Below, piece after piece: positions 25,778 to 32,000 of a stretch of 32,000 nt of DNA. The stretch spans positions 5,460,001 to 5,492,000 of the forward strand of contig NZ_CP042911.1 of NCBI RefSeq assembly GCF_008065095.1. Direction: 5' to 3'. Origin of the DNA: Gemmata obscuriglobus. Lineage in GTDB: Bacteria; Planctomycetota; Planctomycetia; Gemmatales; Gemmataceae. Under the pieces are notes generated by a model, which was not told where the DNA came from, ran no database searches, and saw nothing but the letters and a program-made list of their open reading frames with translations. Each line of letters begins with the position of its first letter. Positions within the stretch are counted from its first letter, which is position 1. The position numbers and the translations under genes were made by a program.

Positions 25778-28372
25778 ATGTCCCGCATGATGCAGCAGTA
25801 CCACGACGCGAAGAACCAGCACCCGGGCATGATCGTCCTGTTCCGCAACGGCGACTTCTACGAACTGTTCGAGGACGACGCGGAACTGGGGTCGCGGGTG
25901 CTCGGCATCACGCTCACCAAGCGCGACGGCTCGATCCCGATGGCCGGGGTGCCGGTCCACAAGCTCGAACACTACCTCGGGCTGCTGCTCCGGGCCGGCC
26001 ACCGCGTCGCGGTGTGCGAGCAGATGGAGGACCCGGACCCCAAGAAGAAGATCATCCACCGCGAGGTGAACCGGATCGTCACCCCCGGTACGGTGACCGA
26101 CGACGGGTTGCTCGACCCCCGCGCGCCGAACCATCTTGTTGCCGTTGCGCCCGGCAAGCCCGGGTTCTTTGGCCTCGCGTGGGTGGATCTCTCCACCGGC
26201 CATTTTGCGGCTACCGACGTTCCGGCGCCGCGCCTCCAAGACGAACTGTCCCGGCTAAGTGCCGTCGAGTGCCTGTACGCCGAAGGGCTGACGAACGCCG
26301 TCTCGCAGGCGGCGGGCACGTACCTGCCGAAGAGTCGCGTGGCCCGTCCGGACTGGACGTTCGACCCGGCTACCGCGCTGGCGGCGCTCAAAACGCATTT
26401 CGCGGTCGGCACGCTCACCGGCTTCGGCTTCGACGACGCACAGTCATGCCTCGTCGCTGCGGGTGCGGTCGTGATCTACCTTCAGGAAACGCTCAAGGCG
26501 AGCCTCCAACACATCCGCCGGCTGCGCCCGCACCGCCCCGATGCCCTGCTCACCCTCGACGAGGTCACCCGGCGCAGCCTGGAGCTGACCCGCACCCTGC
26601 GCGACAACCAGCGCGACGGCTCCCTGCTCTCGGTGCTCGACCGGACCGTCACCCCGATGGGCGCCCGGCTCCTGCACGACAGCGTTCTGGCCCCCCTCAC
26701 GGACGCGACCGCAATCAGCGCCCGCCTTGATGCGGTGGAAGAACTTCTGAAGGATCACGCGCTCCGGCAGTCCGTGCGCGACCAGCTCGACGCGTGCTCC
26801 GACATGCAGCGCCTCACCACGCGCGTATCCACGGCGAAGGCGGGGCCGCGCGACCTGGCCGCGATCGCCCGCACCCTGCGCCACCTCCCCGCGGTGAAGG
26901 CCAAGCTCACCGGCCGGCGGTCGAAGCTGCTGCAAGACCTCGAAAAGCGACTCGAGCTGTGCCCCGACATCCGCGAGTTGCTGGATAAGGCGATTGAGGA
27001 CGATCCGCCGCACATCGCCAAAGAGGGCGGCGTGATCCGCCCCGGGTTCAGCGCCGAACTCGACGAGCTTCGCGCCCTCACCACAGACGGGAAGAACTGG
27101 ATCGCCCGCTACCAGGCGCAGGAGATCACACGCACGGGCATCGGCAGCCTGAAGGTCGGCTACAACGAGATCGACGGCTACTACCTCGAAATCACCAACG
27201 CGAACGAGACGAAAACGCCGCCGGAGTACAAGCACCAGAAGACGCTCAAGAACGCGAAGCGGTACTACACGCCGGCCCTCCGCGAGTACGAGGAGAAGGT
27301 CGTCACCGCGCAGGACAAGAGCCGCGCGCTGGAACTCCAGCTCTTCGTGACGCTGCGGGACCAAGTCGCGGTCCAGACGCCGCGGTTGCTGAACACCGCA
27401 GAGGTGCTCGCGGCGCTCGACATGCTGGCGGCGCTGGCGGAACTGGCGGCGGCTCGGAACTACGTGCGCCCGGCGTTCGTGGAGGAACCCGTTCTCGACA
27501 TTCGGGACGGCCGGCACCCGGTTCTTGACCAGATCCTGCCGCCTGGCACGTTCGTGCCCAACGACGTCGCGTTCGGCCCCGACGACGGCATGTTCTGGCT
27601 CGTCACCGGGCCGAACATGGCCGGCAAATCGACGTTCCTACGCCAGGCGGCGCTCATCACCTTGATGGCGCACGTCGGGAGCTTCGTACCCGCGAAGAGC
27701 GCGAAGGTGGGGCTGACCGACCGCATCTTCACCCGCGTCGGCGCGAGCGACGAGTTGAGCCGCGGGCAGTCCACGTTCATGGTGGAAATGACCGAAGCCG
27801 CCAACATCCTGAACAACGCGACGGCGCGGAGCCTGGTCATTCTCGACGAGATCGGCCGCGGGACGAGTACATACGACGGCGTTTCGCTGGCGTGGGCGAT
27901 GACCGAGTACCTGCACGACACGCTCGCGTGCCGCACACTGTTCGCGACGCACTACCACGAACTGGCTCAGCTCGCGGCGTCGCTGCCCCGGCTCCGGAAC
28001 TACAACGTGCTGGTGCGCGAGCTGGCCGACGAGATCGTCTTCTTGCACAAGATCGCGCCGGGGAACGCGGAGCGCAGCTACGGCATCCACGTCGCGCGGC
28101 TGGCGGGAGTTCCGGGGAGCGTACTCGCCCGCGCGACCGCCGTGCTCGGAACGCTGGAGAAAGGCCACGACCTGTCGAACGTGCCGGCAGCGCCCGTCGC
28201 CGCGCCCGATGTGACGAGACCTATCCCCCTACCGACCCCGGCGACACCGCCGCGGATCGAGCCGCCGAAGCCGAAGATCGTTCAGCCGCCCGAGGCGCCG
28301 CGGCGCAAGTCCAAGCCCCAAGCGGCGACCGGCCCGAGCCTGTTCGGGGACGGCGACGACGTGCCGTTCTGA
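25778..28372 (+). CDS. mutS: DNA mismatch repair protein MutS
   Basis: N-terminus MSRMMQQYHDAKNQHPGMIVLFRNGDFYELFEDDA (mismatch-binding domain, F-Y-E motif). Walker A GPNMAGKST. Also STFMVEMTE and ILDEIGRGTSTYDG motifs. The C-terminal tail is Pro-rich. Confidence 0.97.
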   Translation: MSRMMQQYHDAKNQHPGMIVLFRNGDFYELFEDDAELGSRVLGITLTKRDGSIPMAGVPVHKLEHYLGLLLRAGHRVAVCEQMEDPDPKKKIIHREVNRIVTPGTVTDDGLLDPRAPNHLVAVAPGKPGFFGLAWVDLSTGHFAATDVPAPRLQDELSRLSAVECLYAEGLTNAVSQAAGTYLPKSRVARPDWTFDPATALAALKTHFAVGTLTGFGFDDAQSCLVAAGAVVIYLQETLKASLQHIRRLRPHRPDALLTLDEVTRRSLELTRTLRDNQRDGSLLSVLDRTVTPMGARLLHDSVLAPLTDATAISARLDAVEELLKDHALRQSVRDQLDACSDMQRLTTRVSTAKAGPRDLAAIARTLRHLPAVKAKLTGRRSKLLQDLEKRLELCPDIRELLDKAIEDDPPHIAKEGGVIRPGFSAELDELRALTTDGKNWIARYQAQEITRTGIGSLKVGYNEIDGYYLEITNANETKTPPEYKHQKTLKNAKRYYTPALREYEEKVVTAQDKSRALELQLFVTLRDQVAVQTPRLLNTAEVLAALDMLAALAELAAARNYVRPAFVEEPVLDIRDGRHPVLDQILPPGTFVPNDVAFGPDDGMFWLVTGPNMAGKSTFLRQAALITLMAHVGSFVPAKSAKVGLTDRIFTRVGASDELSRGQSTFMVEMTEAANILNNATARSLVILDEIGRGTSTYDGVSLAWAMTEYLHDTLACRTLFATHYHELAQLAASLPRLRNYNVLVRELADEIVFLHKIAPGNAERSYGIHVARLAGVPGSVLARATAVLGTLEKGHDLSNVPAAPVAAPDVTRPIPLPTPATPPRIEPPKPKIVQPPEAPRRKSKPQAATGPSLFGDGDDVPF

Positions 28373-28437
28373 TCGGCGCCGTGAGCGGCGAACCGGTGTC
28401 CAGTTGTGATTGACAACGATGGTGCCGGTATCACACA

Positions 28438-28647
28438 ATGCCGCCTCAGCCCGATCCTGTGTTCGGAGGATGGCCGGTGCGCGTTTCTCTGCTCCCACTG
28501 GTTGTACTTACAGTGGCGCCAGTCTTCGCGGGAGATCGACCCGAACCGAAGTACGAGGGGAAGCCGCTCGCCTACTGGGTGGCGCAATTTCAAAAGGGTG
28601 TAACCGGCCGGGCTCTCGCGGAAAGCAACGTTTTCAAGAGTCTTTAG
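28438..28647 (+). CDS. Small ORF (69 aa) with a signal-peptide-like N-terminus; possibly a truncated remnant of a larger secreted repeat protein
   Basis: MPPQPDPVFGGWPVRVSLLPLVVLTVAPVFAGDRPEPKYEGKPLAYWVAQFQKG... stops abruptly where G+C content drops. I have no homology evidence for it. Confidence 0.3.
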   Translation: MPPQPDPVFGGWPVRVSLLPLVVLTVAPVFAGDRPEPKYEGKPLAYWVAQFQKGVTGRALAESNVFKSL

Positions 28648-28755
28648 GGCGTGTGGACAGTTACCGTAGCAAGATCATAATGGATGCAATGTGAACGAAT
28701 GCGAGGGAGTTGCGCGCGGTTTTGTCGTACCGTGTCGCAACCCGTCGGTATTGTT

Positions 28756-28790
28756 TGGCCTTAGTACTACTCCGTTACTTCGCCACAACT
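28756..28790. repeat. Left arm of a ~35-bp imperfect inverted repeat
   Basis: The core CTTAGTACTACTCCGTTACTTCGCCACAACT (28760-28790) pairs with 29004-29034 with 2 mismatches in 31. The pairing extends 3 more bp after one mismatch. Confidence 0.8.
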
Positions 28791-28956
28791 AATTAAATTG
28801 TCGCGATTTATGGCGAGCTACACCTACAGGTCCGTGCCCCCGCAATGGGTTCAAATCCCAGCGATTCTGGCTAGTCCGTTCACGAGAGCAGCAAACATTC
28901 CGCCTTGGCAGTGAGCATTCCATTTGACTCAAGTCCAGATCCTACAAGATGTTCCG

Positions 28957-29256
28957 TCAAGGTGCATTCCAGAGGCGTGTGCATAACACGTCGTAAAATA
29001 AGCAGTTGTGGCGAGGTAACGGAGTAGTATTAAGCCCAGAGAATTCGTCCTCGGGGTAAAACAACTTCGATGATTGCTTGAGTCGCTGGCGAAACTCGCC
29101 GGTTGCCGACGCAAGTGCCTCCTTGAAGTTCTCGGCAAGTGCGGCATCAAGGAAGTGAGTTGCCACCTCTCGTACCCACAGCTCTTCGAGTTCCCGGTTC
29201 TCGCGAACGTTCGGAACCGCCACCAGTACGACGACCGCACAAGCTACGACATACAC
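28957..29256 (-). CDS. Hypothetical small membrane-anchored protein (99 aa); candidate gene cassette downstream of attC-like site 1
   Basis: GTG start at 29256 with GGGAGGG 7 nt upstream, 17 nt after the GCCGAAC/GTTCGGC core at 29273-29279. N-terminal TM helix (YVVACAVVVLVAV). G+C is visibly lower (~50% by eye) than the surrounding genome. The C-terminus runs into the inverted-repeat arm, so the 3' end is uncertain. Confidence 0.4.
   Translation of the reverse strand: MYVVACAVVVLVAVPNVRENRELEELWVREVATHFLDAALAENFKEALASATGEFRQRLKQSSKLFYPEDEFSGLNTTPLPRHNCLFYDVLCTRLWNAP
29004..29038. repeat. Right arm of the ~35-bp imperfect inverted repeat
   Basis: AGTTGTGGCGAGGTAACGGAGTAGTATTAAG (29004-29034) is the reverse complement of the left arm, apart from the 2 core mismatches noted for the left arm, and lies 213 bp from it. 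It falls inside the 3' part of the 28957..29256 ORF. Confidence 0.8.
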
Positions 29257-29272
29257 CCTGGCGCCCTCCCTG

Positions 29273-29363
29273 GCCGAACGTAAAGCTCACCTGCACCGCC
29301 ATCACACGATGAGCGGTGCGTCCCGAATCCGCGGGCGGTGTCAGGTGCAGCGCCGGGTTCGGC
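29273..29363 (-). other. attC-like site 1
   Basis: GCCGAAC-gtaaa-GCTCACCTGCACCGCC-(33 nt)-GGCGGTGTCAGGTGCAGC-gccgg-GTTCGGC. The 7-bp outer boxes are exact reverse complements. The 5-nt spacers are non-complementary. The inner stem has two unpaired bases (T, C) on the + strand 3' arm. Confidence 0.55.
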
Positions 29364-29818
29364 TCACTGACCTCCGCGGTTCCGGGCGACACGCGCCGCA
29401 CCGCGGCTCCGCGGAGCCCGTGCCACCGGTGCGGCCGGGCGGAGCACCCCCAACCCGATGCGCCGTGTCGCGACACATCGGAGGCCACCCACCACCGCCA
29501 CCCGCGGCGATGAGCCGCGCCCGCCACCCACGGGCGCCACGCGGAGCACCACCGACACGAACCGCCGTGTCCCCACCCGCGCCCGGCCACGCCCAACCAC
29601 ACCTCGCGGCGGCGAGCCGCGCCAGACCCGATCGGCACCACGCGGAGCGCCACCGAACCGACACGCCGTGTCCGCACCCGCCACCGGCCGCGCCCACCGC
29701 ACCTCGCGGCGACGAGCCGCGCCACACACCCACGGGCACCACGCGGAGCCCGACCCTCGGGATTCACCTTCGCGGACCACACGCCCACCGCCGCACGCGC
29801 GATCGAGCAACTCGGGTG

Positions 29819-29908
29819 GCCGAACAAATAGCTCACCTGCACCGCCAGGATGAAGTGCGCATGACAACGGTGGCCGATGGCGGTGTCAGGTGCAGCGCCG
29901 GGTTCGGC
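29819..29908 (-). other. attC-like site 2 (loop class B)
   Basis: GCCGAAC-aaata-GCTCACCTGCACCGCC-(32 nt: aggatgaagtgcgcatgacaacggtggccgat)-GGCGGTGTCAGGTGCAGC-gccgg-GTTCGGC. Confidence 0.55.
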
Positions 29909-30244
29909 TCGCTCACGTCCGCGCCGCGCATCCGCGGATGCCCGCGCCACCGATGCGGCCACGCGGAGCACCGCCGACCCGGAGCACCGTGTCGCCGCAC
30001 GTCGGAGGCCACCCACCACCCCCACTCGCGGCGACGAGCCGCGCCGACCACCGACCGGTGTTGGCGGAGCGCAACCGACCCGAACCGCCGTATCCCCACC
30101 CGCCGCCCGCCACGCCCAACCGCACCTCGCGGCGGTGAGCCGCGCCAGCGACCACCGGCACCACGCGGAGCCCGACCCGCGGGCGTCACCCACGCGGACC
30201 ACACGCACACCGCCACCGCACGCGCGCTCCAGAACGCGAGGGTG

Positions 30245-30335
30245 ACCGAACATAAAGCTCACCTGCACCGCCCCCTCCCAGGGAGCGATGCGTCACAAAC
30301 TCGCGGGCGGTGTCAGGTGCAGCGCCGGGTTCGGC
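30245..30335 (-). other. attC-like site 3
   Basis: ACCGAAC-ataaa-GCTCACCTGCACCGCC-(33 nt)-GGCGGTGTCAGGTGCAGC-gccgg-GTTCGGC. The outer box has one substitution (A for G). Confidence 0.5.
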
Positions 30336-30693
30336 TCGATGCCCTCGGCGGTTCCGAGGTGGCACGCTCAGCATCGCGGCTCCGCGGAAGCCCGCCCACC
30401 GTCGCGGCCGAGCGGAGCACCACCGACCCACCCGCCGTGTCCCGGCCCATTGGAGGCTGGCACCAACCGCACCTGGCGGCGACGAGCCGCGCCAACCACC
30501 AGCGGGCGCCACGCGGAGCACCACCGACCCGAACCACCGTGTCCCCACGCGCCGCCGGCCACGCGCACCCGCACCTCGCGGCGGCGAGCCGCGCCAGACA
30601 CGACCGGCACCCCGCGGAACCCGACACAAGGGTTTCACCACCGCGGACCACACGCCTCGCACCGCCGCACGCGCACTCATGCACGCGATGGTT

Positions 30694-30784
30694 GCCGAAC
30701 GAACAGCTCACCTGCACCGCCATCATACCGTCAGCGGTGCGTCACAAACCCGATGGCGGTGTCAGGTGCAGCGCCGGGTTCGGC
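30694..30784 (-). other. attC-like site 4
   Basis: GCCGAAC-gaaca-GCTCACCTGCACCGCC-(33 nt)-GGCGGTGTCAGGTGCAGC-gccgg-GTTCGGC. Confidence 0.55.
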
Positions 30785-31143
30785 TCGCTCACGTCCGCGG
30801 GTCCGGGGCACACGCCGAGCGCTGCGCATCCGCGGAAGCCCGCCCACCGGTGCGGCCACGCGGAGCACCGCCGACCCGGAGCACCGTGTCGCGACACATC
30901 GGAGGCCACCCACCCACCGCCACCCGCGGCGATGAGCCGCGCCCGCAACCGATCGGTCTCGGCGGAGCACTACCGACCCGAACCGCCGTGTCCCCACCCG
31001 CACCCCGGCCACGCCCAACCGCACCTCGCGGCGGTGAGCCGCGCCCGCGACCACCGGCACCACGCGGAGCCCGATGCGCGGGGGTCACCGTCGCGGACCA
31101 CACGCCCAGCTCCGCCGCACGCGCATTCATGCACGCTCGGGTT

Positions 31144-31235
31144 GCCGAACATACAGCTCACCTGCACCGCCATCATCGGATGAGCGGTGCGTCGCAATAT
31201 CGCATGGCGGTGTCAGGTGCAGCGCCGGGTTCGGC
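31144..31235 (-). other. attC-like site 5
   Basis: GCCGAAC-ataca-GCTCACCTGCACCGCC-(34 nt)-GGCGGTGTCAGGTGCAGC-gccgg-GTTCGGC. Confidence 0.55.
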
Positions 31236-31590
31236 TCGCTGACCTCGGCGGTTCCGGGGCACGCGCCCCGCGCCGCGCGTCCGCGGAGCCCGCGGCACCG
31301 GTGCGGCTCTGCGGAGCAGCACCGACCCGACGCGCCGTGTCGCGGCCCACTGGAGGCCACCCACCACCGCCCCTCGCGGCGATGAGCCGCGCCAGCCCCG
31401 ACCCGTATCAGCGAAGCCAACACCGATACGCACTATCGTGTCCCCATGCACCGCTGGCCATGCCCAACCGCACCTCGCGGCGGCGAGCCGCGCCCGCCAC
31501 AGACCGGCACCACGCGGAGCACCACACGCGCCGTTCACCCACGCGGACCACACGCCTACCGCCGCACGCGCACCCCGCGCCCTTCTGGTG

Positions 31591-31680
31591 GCCGAACAAT
31601 GAGCTCACCTGCACCGCCTGGGTGACGTGAGCACCACAACTATGGCCGATGGCGGTGTCAGGTGCAGCGCCGGGTTCGGC
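31591..31680 (-). other. attC-like site 6 (loop class B)
   Basis: GCCGAAC-aatga-GCTCACCTGCACCGCC-(32 nt: tgggtgacgtgagcaccacaactatggccgat)-GGCGGTGTCAGGTGCAGC-gccgg-GTTCGGC. It lies 8 nt downstream (minus strand) of the stop of the 31689..>32000 ORF. Confidence 0.55.
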
Positions 31681-31688
31681 CTCGGCCC

Positions 31689-32000
31689 TCACGCGATCAA
31701 CCGGTGCCGTTGGCTCACTATCTGCTCGAACACAGACCAGCCATGCCCCTCGACGAGTCGGGTGAGCGCCTCGGCCGATGTCCGCACGGGATCATAGCGG
31801 ACCTGGACCCACACCACGGTGTACACGCCTCCTGTGACGGCCGCCAACTTGTCCCCATCGCACAGTTCGTCCGCCAACTGGCCACGGCTCTTAATGACCG
31901 TCAGAGAGTACCGAACAGCGTCGCCGTGGGACTCGGCGAACGCTGCGAACAGGAACTCAGCCCCGGCGAGGCTCGCAGCGAGGTCGCCAAGGTTCCGAAC
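31689..32000 (-). CDS. Hypothetical protein, 5'-partial (open to the window edge); candidate cassette ORF preceding attC-like site 6
   Basis: I translated the minus-strand frame by hand and it stays open from 32000 to the stop at 31689: ...VRNLGDLAASLAGAEFLFAAFAESHGDAVRYSLTVIKSRGQLADELCDGDKLAAVTGGVYTVVWVQVRYDPVRTSAEALTRLVEGHGWSVFEQIVSQRHRLIA. The composition looks coding and is unlike the repeat array. I recognise no family, and the C-terminus is not that of a tyrosine recombinase. Confidence 0.5.
   Translation of the reverse strand, partial: VRNLGDLAASLAGAEFLFAAFAESHGDAVRYSLTVIKSRGQLADELCDGDKLAAVTGGVYTVVWVQVRYDPVRTSAEALTRLVEGHGWSVFEQIVSQRHRLIA

Larger units (their letters stand above)
29273..31680 (-). 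mobile_element. Array of six attC-like sites with five paralogous ~350-bp inter-site units (integron cassette array or CALIN-like cluster); no integrase in the window
   Basis: See the individual sites. R'-to-R' spacing is 545, 427, 449, 451 and 445 bp. The flanking ORFs are on the minus strand and abut the sites as cassette ORFs do. Confidence 0.5.

Noticed and set aside
28410-28440. Perfect -35 hexamer TTGACA followed by CACAAT 18 nt later, in front of the 69-aa ORF
   Set aside because: The -10-like hexamer overlaps the ATG itself, so the geometry does not fit a promoter for that ORF. It is a single occurrence and may be chance.
28845-28870. tRNA or tRNA 3' fragment (GGGTTCAAATCCC T-arm-like sequence), which could be an integration att site
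   Set aside because: I could not build an acceptor stem (only 4 complementary bases to TCGC at 28801-28804), a D-arm or an anticodon arm, and there is no CCA or discriminator context. A 13-nt match may be chance. It would still be worth a tRNAscan/ARAGORN run.
29309-31183. A 624-aa + strand ORF, plus overlapping ORFs of roughly 65-370 aa on both strands across 29.1-31.7 kb
   Set aside because: The translations are Arg/Pro/Ala/Gly/His junk. The same repeated DNA is read in different frames in successive units. The ORFs run straight through the attC-like hairpins. They are stop-free only because the + strand is almost T-less.
29364-31590. Diversity-generating retroelement (template/variable repeats), prompted by the A-poor minus strand and diverged copies
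   Set aside because: There is no reverse transcriptase or target gene in the window. The copies differ by indels and at all base types, not just at adenine-templated positions. There are five tandem copies rather than a TR/VR pair.
29273-31680. CRISPR array
   Set aside because: The repeats are ~90-bp imperfect hairpins spaced ~450 bp apart, and the so-called spacers are homologous to each other. No cas genes are present. The geometry is wrong for CRISPR.

Overview
High-GC window (about 70% by eye), probably from a Planctomycetota (Gemmata-like) chromosome; that assignment is inferred only from gene content and protein style. There are four blocks.
(1) 1-5662, + strand: the 3' part of a giant beta-helix/VCBS/FG-GAP surface protein, an arylsulfatase, and a translationally coupled PepSY-type and 4-TM membrane protein pair.
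(2) 5862-23157, all on the minus strand: a nearly contiguous flagellar supercluster, flgM / fliC / fliD-fliS / flgF-flgG-flgA-flgH / flgI-flgJ-flgN-flgK-flgL / three unassigned genes (a 69-aa protein and two lipoproteins) / fliL-fliM-fliN. It carries several perfect GC-rich hairpins and a recurring sigma-28-like motif (xxAA-N14-TYCGATAA).
(3) 23331-28372, + strand: a membrane-anchored TPR protein and mutS.
(4) 28.6-32.0 kb: an accessory region that looks foreign. A low-GC segment holds a 35-bp inverted-repeat pair and a small ORF. It is followed by six evenly spaced ~90-bp imperfect hairpins with the architecture of integron attC sites: R'' GCCGAAC, a 5-nt unpaired spacer, a bulged L stem, a variable loop, and R' GTTCGGC.
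The five ~350-bp units between these sites are homologous to each other, strongly strand-skewed (T-poor on +), lack a conserved reading frame, and are built from ~101-bp sub-repeats. Each sub-repeat carries an invariant 6-bp stem with a variable pentaloop.
No integrase lies in the window. The strand carrying the bulged bases and the direction of the flanking ORFs both predict that it lies beyond the right edge. This attC-like array of paralogous, apparently non-coding cassettes is the most unusual element here.
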